The position numbers were made by a program, and so were the translations under genes. Of a DNA stretch of 64,000 bases, positions 37,721-50,900 are shown piece after piece (positions within the stretch are counted from its first letter, which is position 1; every line of letters starts with the position of its first letter). The notes below the pieces were generated by a model, which saw only the letters and a list, made by a program, of their open reading frames with translations, did no database searches and had not been told where the DNA came from. Source of the DNA: Malacoraja senta (lineage: Eukaryota); NCBI GenBank assembly GCA_038087875.1, contig CM075997.1, forward strand, positions 7,752,001 to 7,816,000, in the 5' to 3' direction.

Positions 37721-38832
37721 CAGTCCATCTGTTACCCATTCCCTATCACCCCCAATCCTCTTTCTCTATTGCCACACACGTGACACAGGCTGCGGGGGTG
37801 GGGGGGAGGGGCTGGGGCTGGGGCTGCTGCCAAGGCATATGTAAACGGATCATTTTGATTGGATATCTTTGAGCATTGGGCATTGTGTCATCACAAAACG
37901 GAACCTTCATTTACATTCTATTGCTGAGAGCTGTTTTTTTAAACATTTTGAAATGTCCCCATTCCCTATCCCCCCACACACGTGGCGCCGCCTTTCGACA
38001 CAGGCTGTGGGGTTGGGGGGGTGGGCTGTGGCTGGGGCTGCTGCCAAGGCATATCTAAATGAATCCATTCCCATTGGACATCTGTTAGCATCGGGCATTG
38101 TGACATCACACAACGGAATCTTTACTAACATTCTATGGCTGAGCTGTTTTTTTAATCATTTTGAAATGATTGGGGGTGGGGGGGGAGAAGTATTTTATTT
38201 TTAAAAGTGTACATAAAAACGACCAAATTTAATCACGGTTGTCTATTCGTAAAGATAAACATAATCACAGGCTGTGGGGTTGGGGGGGAGGGGCTGGGGC
38301 TGGGGCTGCTGCCAAGGCATATGTAAACGGATTCATTTCGATTTGTCACACGTGTCGCAGGGCGTCGCCACGTGTGTTGGGGTGATAGGGAATGGGGAAA
38401 TTTCAAAATGTTAAACAAACAGCTCTCAGCAATAGAATGTAAATGAAGGTTCCGTTTTGTGATGTCACAATGCCCAATGCTGCGGGGGTTGGGGGGGAGG
38501 GGCTGGGGCTGGGGCCGCCGCAAAGGCATATGTAAATGGATCCATTCCGATTGGACATCTGTGACCATTGTGCATTGTGACATCACACAACGGAATCTTT
38601 ACTAACATTCTACGGCTGAGCTGTTTTTTTAAACATTTTGAAATGTTTGGTTTGGGGGGGGGGGGAGAGGTATTTTATTTTAAAAAGCGTACATAAACAC
38701 GAACAAATTTAATCAGGATCGTCTATTCGTAAAGATAAACGTAACCTCTTTAGAAACGGTAAAAAATATCGGCGTTTCCGCGCGCCGCGCGGGCGCGGGG
38801 CGGTATCAAAGGCGGGACGTCAAGCAGAACGT

Positions 38833-39405
<573 letters not shown>

Positions 39406-39584
39406 ATTTCCCTCCTGGGATTAATAAAGTTCTATCGTATAGTATCATGTGTGTAGGAAGGAACTGCTGATGCTGGTTTAAACTGAAGATAGACACAAAA
39501 AGCTGGAGTAACTCAACAGGTCAGACAGAATCTCTGGACAAAAGGAAAATATTACGTTTTGGCTTGGGTCTGAAATAGGTTCCT

Positions 39585-39740
39585 GCACACCTTTGGAATG
39601 TGGAAGGAAAGGAGAGCACCCGGAGAAAACCCATGCGATCAAAGGGAAAAGGAGCAAACTCCATACAGACAGCACCCATATTCAGGATCAATTCCGGGCC
39701 TCTGGCACTTTTAGGCAGAAACTTTATGGCCAATGTACTG
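39585..39740 (-). mobile_element. V-domain SINE fragment
   Basis: ctttggaatgtggaaggaaa..gagcacccggagaaaacccatgc..gcaaactccatacagacagcacc. Confidence 0.75.
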
Positions 39741-40054
39741 ACCCGTAGTCTTGAACTTAATTTAAACATACAGTAGCTGAAAAGGCGGTTCATAGCGTCA
39801 CTTGGAGATTTAAAACTGAAAATGGATATTTTCATTTTTTTAGTAACCAAAGTTATCAACGCATAATTTTGTGTGTGTTGGAAAACAAAATATAGTGGCA
39901 CAGCTGGTAGCCTTGCTGCCTCACACGCCAGAGATCTGTGTTCGATTCTGTCCTCGGGCACTGTCTGTGTTGAATTTGCACATTCTCCCTGCATGTGTGT
40001 GGGTTTCCTCTCACATCCCAAAGACGCATTGGCTTTGTAGGTTAACTTGTCTCT

Positions 40055-42997
40055 GCATTAAAAAAACCTATAAGGAAAACCCTACAATACATAGTGTAAT
40101 ACGAATTTGGAAACAATTTAAAAAAGCTTTAAAACTGAATAATATGTCTTCCCATTGTAAATAATCCTTTATTCAAACCATCCATATTGGATAAAGGTTT
40201 CACACAATGGAAAAATTATGGACTTAAAAAGATTGGACTTCTTTATAGGAAAGGCATCTTTCTTTCATTTCAAGAGTTACTACAGAATCATGGACTGCAC
40301 TCAAATAATTTCTTCAGATATCTACAAATTAGAGATTATGTTAAATCTAATACACAAGTTTACAGGACTAGGGAACCAGAAATTCTTGATCAATGTTTGA
40401 ATAAGCATCCTAACACTGAAAAATTAATTATATTAATTATATATTAGTTATTTATAACACCCTCTTAAACAATGAGGTACCACCGATGGAACTATATAAC
40501 CATATAACCATATAACCATAACATCACGGAAACAGGCCATCTCGGCCCTTCAAGTCCGTGCCGAACACTTTTTTTAATTTTTTAATTTTTATTTTTTTTA
40601 TTTTATTTTTTTTAAATGTTGTTTAACTTCCCCCTAGTCCCATCTACCTGCACTCAGACCATAACCCTCCATTCCTTTCCCGTCCATATACCCATCCAAT
40701 CTATTTTTAAAGGATAACATCGAACATGCCTCCACCACTTCCACTGGAAGCTCATTCCACACAGCTACCACTCTCTGAGTAAAGAAGTTCCCCGTAATGT
40801 TACCCCTAAACTTCTGTCCCTTAATTCTCAAGTCAAGTCCCCTTGTTTGAACCTTCCCTACTCTCACCCAGCTTACCCACGTCCACTCTGTCTAACCCGC
40901 TCAAAATTTTAAAGACCTCTATCAAGTCTCCTCTTAACCTTCTGCGCTCCAAAGAATAAAGACCTAACTTGTTCAACCTTTCTCTGTAACTTAGTTGCTG
41001 AAACCCAGGCAACATTCTAGTAAATCTCCTCTGTACTCTCTCTATTTTGTTGACATCCTTCCTATAATTAGACGACCAAAATTGTACTCCATACTCCAGA
41101 ATTGGCCTCACCAATGCCTTGTACAATTTAAACATTACATTCCAACTTCTATATTCAATGCTCTGATTTATAAAGGCCAGCACACCAAAATATTTCTTTA
41201 CCACCCTATCTACATGAGATTCCACCTTCAGGGAACTAAGCACTGTTATTCCTAGATCCCTCTGATCAACTGCATTCCTCAATTCGCTACCATTTACCAT
41301 GTACGTCCTATTTTGATTTGTCCTGCCGAGATGTAGCACCTCACATTTGTCAGCATTAAACTCCATCTGCCATCTTTCAGCCCACTCTTCCAAATGAACT
41401 AAATCTCTCTGTAGACTTTGAAAATCTACTTCATTATCGACAACACCACCCATCTTAGTATCATCTGCATACTTAATAATCCAATTTTCGACACCATCAT
41501 CCAGATCATTGATGTACATGACAAACAACAGTGGACCCAACACAGACCCCTGAGGCACCCCACTAGTCACCGGCCTCCAACCTGACAAACAGCCATCCAC
41601 CATTACTCTCTTGCATCTCCCATTCAGCCACTGTTGAATCCATCTTGCTACTCCACCATTAGTACCCAACAATTGAATCTTCTTAACCAACCTTCCATGA
41701 GGAACCTTGTCAAAGGCCTTACTGAAGTCCATATAGACAACATCCACTGCTTTACCCTCATCAAGTATAGTCAAGCATGACCTTCCAGGCACAAATCCAT
41801 GTTGACTGTTCCTAATCAGACCCTGCTTATCCAGATGCTTCTATATATTATCTTTAAGTATCCTTTCCATTAATTTGCCCACCACAGACGTCAAACTAAC
41901 AGGTCTATAATTGCTAGGTTTACTCTTAGAACCCTTTTTAAACAACGGAACAACATGCGCAGTACGCCAATCCTCCGGCACTATTCCCGTTTCTAATGAC
42001 ATTTGAAATATTTCTGTCATAGCCCCTGCTATTTCTACTCTAACTTCCCTCAATGTCCTGTTTCCCTTACCTCACATAATTCCATATAGATATACATGGG
42101 AAAATGAGTTAGGTCATCCTATAACGAAAGATATTTGGGACGAAAATTTACAACATATACATCAATGCGTTGCAATGTATCAGATGCCAGACATGCTTTT
42201 ATACAATTTAAAGTCTTACACAGATTACATTACTCCAAAATAAATCTAAATAGAATCTTCCCACATATTTCTCCTAATTGTGATAAATGTCTGCATCTAG
42301 AGGCCAATTTAACACATACCTTTGCAAATTGTACAAAAATTAAAAATTTCTGGTCTGATATTTTTGAAATAATTTCTGAAGTTGTTAATACTAAATTGGA
42401 TCCAGATTCAAAATTAATAATACTTGGGATATCAGAACAAAGTTTAACACTCACAACAAGCCAAAGAAACTTCCTCGACTACAGTATAATAACTGGGAAA
42501 AAATTAATGTTAACATATTGGAAAGGCTCTATAACCCCCACAATTACAATGTGGATTGTGGAAATGTCGGAGACCCTACATCTAGAAAGAATTAGACTTG
42601 TCTTAATGTACAAACAAGAACTTTTTGTTAAAATATGGGCTCCATTCATTAACTATTTGAAGGGATAGATTGGCCCAGCACGAAAACCCAACTGATGCTT
42701 GAACTCAGGATTAGATGAAAAATTATACTTCATAAACTACGAACTTATCTCCAATGACGTATTATACGTAATTCATTCCACCTATTCTTTTTTTGTTATT
42801 TGTAATTCTTTTTTCTCTCTTTCTCTCTCTTCATATCTATATTAAAAAAAGACTAGAAGCATAATTAATCGACAATTGAACATTTTAATAATGTATAATT
42901 GATGTATATGAAAAGTTCTTTTTACTATAATATGTAACTATACTTTATAATATGTTTGCTTGTAATAAAAATATTTTTAAAACAAATTTTAAAAAAG
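40055..42997 (+). mobile_element. L1-clade LINE 3' portion, interrupted by a CR1
   Basis: FFRYLQIRDYV (ORF 40187..40447) and IQFKVLHRLHY..CDKC..HTFANC..FW (ORF 42135..42668), AATAAA and an A-rich tail, 8-bp TSD. Confidence 0.87.
40495..42060 (-). mobile_element. CR1 RT/3' fragment, (CATATAAC)n tail subfamily
   Basis: [20 protein letters not shown] and KYADDTK in ORF 40833..41792. Confidence 0.93.
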
Positions 42998-43067
42998 TTG
43001 TCTCTAAAATTGCCCCTAATTTGTAGGGAGTGGGTGAGGAAATTGGGATAACAGAACGTGTGAATGG

Positions 43068-43505
43068 GTAGACAAAAATGCTGGAGAAACTCAGCGGGTG
43101 AGGCAGCATCTATGGATCGAAGGAAATAGGCGACGTTTCGGGTCGAGAGCCTTCTTCAGACTGATGTGAGGGTGGGGGAGACGGGAAGAAGAAAGGAAGA
43201 GGCGGAGACAGTGGGCTTAGGGAGAGCTGGGAAGGGGAGGAGAAAGCAGGGTTTACCTGTAATTGAAGAAGTCAATGCTATTACCGCTGGTGTGTAAACT
43301 GCCCAAGCGAAATATGAGGTGCTGCTCCACCAATTTACGGTGGGCCTCACTCTGGCCATGGAGGAGGCCCAGGACATAAAGGTCGGATTCGGAATGGCAG
43401 GGGGAGTTGAAGTGTTGAGCCACCGGGAGGTCAGGTTGGTTATTGCGAACTGAGTGGAGGTGTTGTGCGAAGCGGTCGCCAAGCCTGCGCTTGGTCTCAC
43501 CGAGG
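43068..43505 (-). mobile_element. Penelope 3' fragment (GIY-YIG C-terminus plus pseudo-LTR)
   Basis: GETKRRLGDRFAQHL..PVAQHFNS..EQHLIFRLG. Homologous to 6460-6896. Confidence 0.9.
43126..43166 (-). ncRNA. Minimal type-I hammerhead ribozyme motif in the Penelope pseudo-LTR (candidate)
   Basis: Minus strand reads CAGU-CUGAAGA-A-GGCUC-UC-GACCC-GAAA-C-GUC. The conserved core boxes are intact and the helix III region is the palindrome ACGU. Helix II has one mismatch and helix I is weak. Confidence 0.6.
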
Positions 43506-46500
43506 TTGATCATACACTGAATAATCCAACCACATTTTTGTTTGGAAGTGGAAAGAAATAATAGAAATTGCATTCATTACAACGTGTAAAAAGAGTTGAG
43601 ATACTGTATTATAATTTTGCTGCATGTCATTGTGGTATATATCATGTCTTGATTGGTGAATATGTTTAGTTTGTGACTTTATTTGAAGCAGAAATAATAT
43701 GTGAATGCTTCATTGAGCATAATTCCGACTGGTAAATACGCACTTCGTCCGAGCACATTATCGCACGCGTCATGCAAGCCGTCTTAAATGATCACCTAAA
43801 CTGTCATTTGGCAACTTAAGTAGCTGCCAAGGTTGCCCGGCTGACAACATAGAAAAAGAATTAAGTGAGAGCCCTGCAAGGTGTATAATATTTTTGACCC
43901 TGTCATAGGCCTTTCTTACATATGTTGTCACAACGCATTGTAGTCTCTAAACAACCCTTCAGTAATTTTCCTTGTCCTCCATTTCAGCATAATAGTGTTT
44001 TAAGGCAATAACTCGCCACTAGCACTGGCAATAAATAAATAAATAAAAAGCACAGCTTTCCAGCCCCTTATCTCATTGGCCACGCTCGGCTGCAAATCGG
44101 TGTCAATCTGGTGGACCATCTTCCTCTAGTCATAGGGGTAGGGGATTGGGAGGGGCCTCACAAGTGGAACAGCTTAGGGCATCTCTTCATCTAATTCCGG
44201 CCCTGGGTATATGAAACCAACTGCCAGAGGAGATAGTTGAGGTAGGTACTCTTATAGGACACTTGGACAGTTACATATATAGGAAGGTTGGGCCAAAGAT
44301 AAGCATATGGGGACTAGTTTACGTGGTGCACCTTGGTCAGCAAGTTGGGCTGCAGGGACAGTTTCCGTGCTATATAACTTTATGCCTCAGCAGTTCTTCA
44401 TTTCATGCCTTGGTAATCTATCTCATACTTTAGTCTTTAGAGATACAGCGCGGATATAGGTCCTTTGACCAACTGAGTCCATGCTGACCAACGATCACCA
44501 TGTACACTAGCACTATACCACACACTTGGCACAATTTTATCGAAGCCAATTAAACTACAAACCTGTATGTCTTTGGCATGTGAGAGGAAACAGCAATAAA
44601 CCCACACAGTCACGGGGAGAGCATACAAACTCTGTACAGACAGCACCCATGCTTAGGAGGTTAGGAAGAGAGTTAAGAAAAAGGACCGCAAAGGTAAGAA
44701 TCTCAGGATTACTGCCTGTGCCACGCGACAGTGAGAGTAGGATAGGCGCGAGGTGAAGGATAAATGCGTGGCTGAAGGACTGGTGCAGTGGGCATGGATT
44801 CAAGTTTCTGGATCATTGGAACCTCTTTTGGGGAAGGTGTGACCTGTACAAAAAGGACGGGTTGCACTTGATCCCGAGCGGGACCAATATCCTGGCGGGG
44901 AGATTTGCAAAGGCTACTGGGGAGACTTTAAATTAGACGGTTGGGGGGAGGGACTCAAATAGAGAAAGTTAGTAGACAGTGTGAGGCAGGAGGCAGAGAA
45001 GAGAAGCACTCAGACCCAACATGTAGGGGGGGGGAGAAGAAAAAGTTAATAAACAAAGAATAAGAGGTGGTGGGTTTCTTAAATATATGAGCAGAGAAAC
45101 AGCGGGGTGTAAAATGAGGGTAGAAGCAATAGTTAGCAAGGTGAAAAGTAAAAGTGGTAGGCAGACAAATCCAGGGCAAAAATCATGAAAGGGCCATTTT
45201 TCAAATTAATTGTATAAGGGGTAAGAGTGTTGTAAAAACAAGCCTGAAGGGTTTGTGTCTCAATGCAAGGAGCATTCGGAATACGGTGGATGAGTTGAAT
45301 GTGCAGATAGCTATTAATGATTATGATATAGTTCAGATCACGGAGACATGGCTCCAGCGTGACCAAGGTTGGGAGCTGAACATCCAGGGATATTCAATAT
45401 TCAGGAGGGATAGACAGAAAGGAATAGGAGGTGGGGTAGCGTTGCTGGTTAGAGAGGAGATTAACGCAATATAAAGGAAGGACATTAGCTTGGAGGATGT
45501 GGGATCGATATGGGTAGAGATGCGAAACACTAAGGGGCAGAAAACGCTAGTGGGAGTTGTGTACTGGTCACCTGACAGTAGTAGTGGAGTTGGGGATGGC
45601 ATCAAACAGGAAATTAGAAATGCGTGCAACAAAGGTAAAACAGTTATTATGGGTGACTTCAATCTACATATAGATTGGGTGAATCAAATTGGCAGGGGTG
45701 CTGAGGAAGAGGATTTCTTGGAATGTATGCGGGATAGTTTTCTAAATCAAGATGTAGAGGAACCAACGAGAGAGCAGGCTATTCTAGACTGGGTATTGAG
45801 TAATGAGGAAGAGTTAATTAGCAGTCTTTTTGTGCGTGGCCCCTTGGGCAAGAGTGACCATAATATGGTTGAGTTCTTCATTAGGATGGAGAGTGACATA
45901 ATTAATTAAGAAACAAGTGTTCTGAACTTAAAGGAAGGTAACTTTGAGGGTATGAGACTTGAATTGGCCATTAAAAACTGGCAATTGATTCTTAAAGTGT
46001 TGACGGTGGATATGCAATGGAAGGCATTTAAAGGCTGCATGGATGAACTACAACAATTGTTCATACCAGTTTGGCAAAAGAATAAACCAGGGAAGGTAGT
46101 GCATCCGTGGATAACAAGGGAAATCAGGGATAGTATCAAAACAAAAGATGAAGCATACAAATTAGCCAGAAAACCCAGCCTACCAGAGGACTGGGAGAAA
46201 TTCAGACTCCAGCAGAGGAGGACAAAGGGTTTAATTAGGAAAGGGAAAATAGATTGTGAAAGAAAACTGGCAGGGAACATAAAAACTGACCGCAAAAGTT
46301 TTAATAGATATGTGAAGAGAAAAATTAGTTAAAACAAATGTAGGTCCCTTGCAGTCAGAAACAGGTGAATTGATGATGGGGAACAAGGATATGGCAGACC
46401 ATATGAATAACTACTTTAGCTCTGTCTTCACTATGGAAGACATAAATAATCTGCCTGAAATAGCAGGGGACCGGGGGTCAAATGAGATGGAACTGAGTGA

Positions 46501-47602
46501 AATCCAGGTAAGCCGGGAAGTGGTGATAGGCAAATTGAATGGATTACATTCCGATAAATCCCCAGGGCCAGATAGGCTGCATCCCAGCGTACTTAAGGAA
46601 GTAGCCCCAGAAATATTGGATGCATTAGTGATAATTTTTCAAAACTCTTTAGATTCTGTAGTAGTTTCTGAGGATTGGAGGGTAGCTAAGGTAACCCCAC
46701 TTTTTAAAAAGGGAGGGAGAGAGAAAACGGGGAATTACAGACCAGTTAGTCTAACATCGGTAGTGGGGAAACTGCTACAGCCAGTTAATAAAGATGGGAT
46801 AGCAGCACATTTGGAAAATGGTGAAATCATTGGACAAAGTCAGCATGGATTTATGAAAGTTAAATCATGTCTGACGAACGTTATATAATTTAGTCGAGGA
46901 TGTACCTAGTAGAGTGGATAAGGGAGAACCAGTAGATGTGTTATATCTGCACTTTCAGAAGGCTTTCGACAAGGTCCCACATAAGAGATCAGTATACAAA
47001 CTTAAAGCACACGGTATTGGGGGTTCAGTATTGATGTGGATAGAGAACTGGCTGGCAGACAGGAAGCAAAGTGTAGGAGTAAACGGGTCCCTTTCAGAAT
47101 GGCAGGCAGTGACTAGTGGGGTACCGCAAGGCTCAGTGCTGGGACCCCAGCAATTTACAATATATATTAATGATTTGGACGAGCGAATTGAATACAACAT
47201 CTCCAAGTTTGCGTATGACACGAAGCTGGGGGGGCAGTGTTAGCTGTGAGGAGGGTGCTAGGAGGCTGCAAGATGACTTGGATAGGCTTGGTGATTGGGA
47301 AAATGCATGGCAGATGCAGTATAATGTGGATAAATGTGAGGTTATCCACTTTGGTGACAAAAATAGGAAAGTAGGCTATTACCTGAATGGTGGCCGATTA
47401 GGAAAAAGGGAGATGCAACGAGACCTGGTTGTCATGGTACACCAGTCGTTGAAAGTAGGCATGCAGGTGCAGCAGCCAGTGAAGAAAGCGAATGGTATGT
47501 TAGCATTCATAGGAAAAGGATTTGAGTATAGGAGCAGGGATGTTCTACTGCAGTTGTACAGGGTCTTGGTGAGACCACACCTGGAGTATTGCGTACAGTT
47601 TT

Positions 47603-47806
47603 TGTAGATGATATATGCATGTGCCTTTAATATAGTGACCTCATCACTACTAACCACTCCCCATATCACAAGTATAACTACAACCTCCCCACCCACAGAT
47701 CGCTCTCTAGTTCCTGTGACAGACCACGTACAGCTAGTGCAATGAGTAATGCTCCAGTATGAATAAAGATAGTAAAGTAACGATGTGTCGTTAGAACATC
47801 TTTACA
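47603..47806 (+). repeat. 5' LTR (204 bp, TG...CA)
   Basis: Direct repeat of 52751-52954 with 3 differences. Contains AATAAA. Confidence 0.97.
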
Positions 47807-47902
47807 TGGTGTCATACCTCTTACCTTGCGCCTCCTGTCTATCGGTTTATCATTTAATTTTATCCCAGTTTTTTGTTTCCCCAACCTTCTCATTTCCTCG
47901 TT

Positions 47903-50900
47903 ATGGCCACTTCTGCCCGTAAGCCTGATGTGCTCGTTTTCGATTCTGACATTGCCCATCGATGGGATGTCTTCAAACGTGACTTTGACCACTATGTCAC
48001 GATCGCTCATCCTGCCGCCACCTCAGAGCTCACAGCATCTCTGCTTCTCAACTTGGCTGGTCCCGAGGCCCTGGCTCGCTCAGACTTCTTCGTCTACGCT
48101 GATGGAGAATCTGTTCGGGACCCGGTATGTCTGGTGGCTAAGTTTAGTGCTATTTGTGACATTCCAACAAACTGCATCTTAAAGGTCTGTCTCACGAATC
48201 TGCGGTCATTGGCGGCGAAACGGGAAGAATCTGCCGCCATAGACCGCGCACTCGTGAGAAAGAACAATTCCCGGGCCGTGCGACGGTGTTCCCAACACCG
48301 CGCAGTGCAAAAATAAAATCGACAATGTCGAAAACCAAATACTCACCGCACAACCTCCACCAGTGATGCACAAGTGCGCACGGCCGCTCGCACGGGCCGC
48401 CGCCAGTATGGCTCGAGCGCCGTGCGTCAAACCTCCTCTGCCACAGCCTCCGCCAGTGACGCACGTGCCGCCGCCAGTGAGACACGTGTGCTGCGCGGCC
48501 GCAGGCACAGCCACCGCTACAGCGCCGCGATCAGGATGGCCGCCGCCACAGCCGCCGCTGGTGAGTCACGTGCGGGGGGGCCGACGTCATCGCAGTCGGC
48601 CCGCCCTTTTTTTACTTACCGCAAGCACGTGGGACCCGCCGTGTTTGAATTAACTCGGCCCCCGCGCAACATCCGTGCGGCGCTCCGGTGGATAGCCTCG
48701 ACGCTCTCGCCGTTGCCGCGCGGTCCTAGCTACCGTCTACACCGCGCTTCACTGCCGATGACCGCAAACAGGTAAGACACGGCCTTTAGAACGTTTTAAA
48801 CTGTTCGCGCGGCGTCAGCACCCTGGGGAATCTGCAGAGAACTATGTCGCTGCGCTGCGGCACCTGGCCAGGCGGTGCCGCCTCAACACGCTGACCCCCG
48901 AGGAGATTATTAGGGATCTTCTGGTTTACGGTCTCCGCGACGATAAGCTCAGGGCCGAACTTTTGCGGAGGCCCGATCTGACTTTTATCGATGCAATGCA
49001 CGCCACCCGCTTGGCTGAGGCTGTCACCTCGGCTGTGTCATCGGCTGACCATGATATTAACCTTGCCAGCACTTCCAGCCGTCTGATGAACACGCCCCGG
49101 TCGCAACCCCCGGGGTCGCTCACTGCTCAAGGGGGACGTGCCCCGGGGTTCGGAACTGCTCCCGGGGGACGTGCCCGGCAAAGGTGCCCTAATTGTAACT
49201 TCACCACTCATCAATACAATGTATGCCCTGCCTTGGGTAAAACGTGTAATGTCTGCAAGAAATTTAACCATTTCGCTGCGGCCTGTCGTTCCCATAGGAA
49301 GCCTTTCGCTGCTCCGAGGTGCATTTTAAACAACTTGGTACAAGCTGATAGTGAGCTCAGCTCCCCGTGCTATTTCGACGGACAGTCTGTATTTGAATCC
49401 GACTCCTCTCAGGGGGAGAACAGCCTGTTTACTGTGTTGGACGCACCTGCTATGATAACAGACCCTGCAGTGCGAGTAACTGTGAACAACTCGACCTTCA
49501 CTGCTAAGATTGATACCGGGGCGGTTGCGAACGTTATGTCAACAACACTCTTCAAAAAGATAAGAACTAATGAGCAGGTTTTTTCTGACAGCTCAACCTT
49601 GCATGCTTACGGGGCAGGGGTCCTGACTCCTGTGGGAAAGGCTACGCTAAGCTGCAAGATACTGGAGTCCTCTCGGCCCCTCACCTTCTATCTCCTCGAT
49701 CAAAAATGCATTACCCTGTTGGGTATCCAAGCAAGCCAGGAAATGGGCCTGGTATCCTTCCACCGTGACATTCACCAGGTGCAGGCCCTCATGGACCTGT
49801 TGGCCGAATACCCCGACCGCTTTGATGATGAGCTGGGCAAACTGCCCTGAAACTACAAGATTGCAGTAGACCGCAAGATCAAACCAGTGGTCAATGCACC
49901 TCACCGTGTCTCCTTCGCCATGAAGGCCAGAGTGGAGTCGACGCTACACAGCATCGTAAAAATGGGCATCCTAAATGCGGTCATCGAGCCCACCAGGTGG
50001 GTTTCCACCATGGTTGTTGCCGCGAAAAAGGACAAAAGCGAGATGCGCATTTGCATCAACCCCAAAGACCTCAACCTGGCCATTAGACGCCCACACTACC
50101 CTATGAGAACGGTAGAGGAAGTCGCTGCACAGGTTGGTCCGGCAACGGTCTTTTTTGTCCTCGATGCCAAAAGCTCCTTCTGGCAAATACCACTTGACGG
50201 GTAGTCCTCCATTTTGACAACTTTCGCCACCCCCTTCGGCAGATTTCGGTTTCTCCGAATGCCATTCGAAATCAACTCTGCCAGCGAGGTATTCCAACGG
50301 ACAATGGAACAGCTGTTTTCCGATCTACCGTGCGCCATCATCGTTGACGACATCCTCGTTTACGGTAAGGATGTCGCCAAACACGACTTCAACCTCCGCC
50401 AGGTCCTAGACCGGGCCCGGGAAATCAACTTGAAACTGAACCACAAGAAGTGCCGATTTTGCGTCCCGGAGGTCACCTATGTTGGACATGTATTTACCGC
50501 CGAGGGGCTGAAACCGGACCCGCAAAAAACGGCTGCCATATCCGGGATGCCTTCTCCTACTGATGTGGCAGGCCTACAATGCTTCCTGGGCATGGTGAAC
50601 TACCTGGGGACGTTCATCCCCGACCTCAGCGAGCTTAGCGTGCCCCTGAGGGATTTGATGAAAAAGGACACGTCCTGGGTTTGGTTCCCCCACCACCAGA
50701 AAGCCTTCGACATCCTTAAATCCAAGCTAATCAGTACCCCCACACTCAACTTTTTTTACCTGCAGCGTCCCATTATCCTCACCTGCGACGCCTCTCAGTT
50801 CGGACTCGGTGCCGCCTGTCTCCAGGTCCATGATGGCCTACAGCTGCCTGTCTCCTTCGCATCCCGCACCATGACCGCCACCGAGCAGCACTACGCGCAG

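Larger units (their letters stand above)
39893..43068 (+). mobile_element. V-domain SINE split by an L1 (39893-40054 plus 43006-43068)
   Basis: SINE head and V domain, with TTGTCTCT duplicated at 40047-40054 and 42998-43005 around the L1. Confidence 0.7.

Noticed and set aside
36358..37739. Pro/Ser-rich 456-aa and 264-aa ORFs
   Set aside because: These are translations of the polypyrimidine strand of a low-complexity tract.
39772..39815. Possible 44-nt minus-strand exon (ttttcag|..FKSPSDAMNRLFSY..|gtatgt)
   Set aside because: The splice-like signals are common by chance, I do not recognise the peptide, and it lies inside the hAT span. It would need RNA-seq support.
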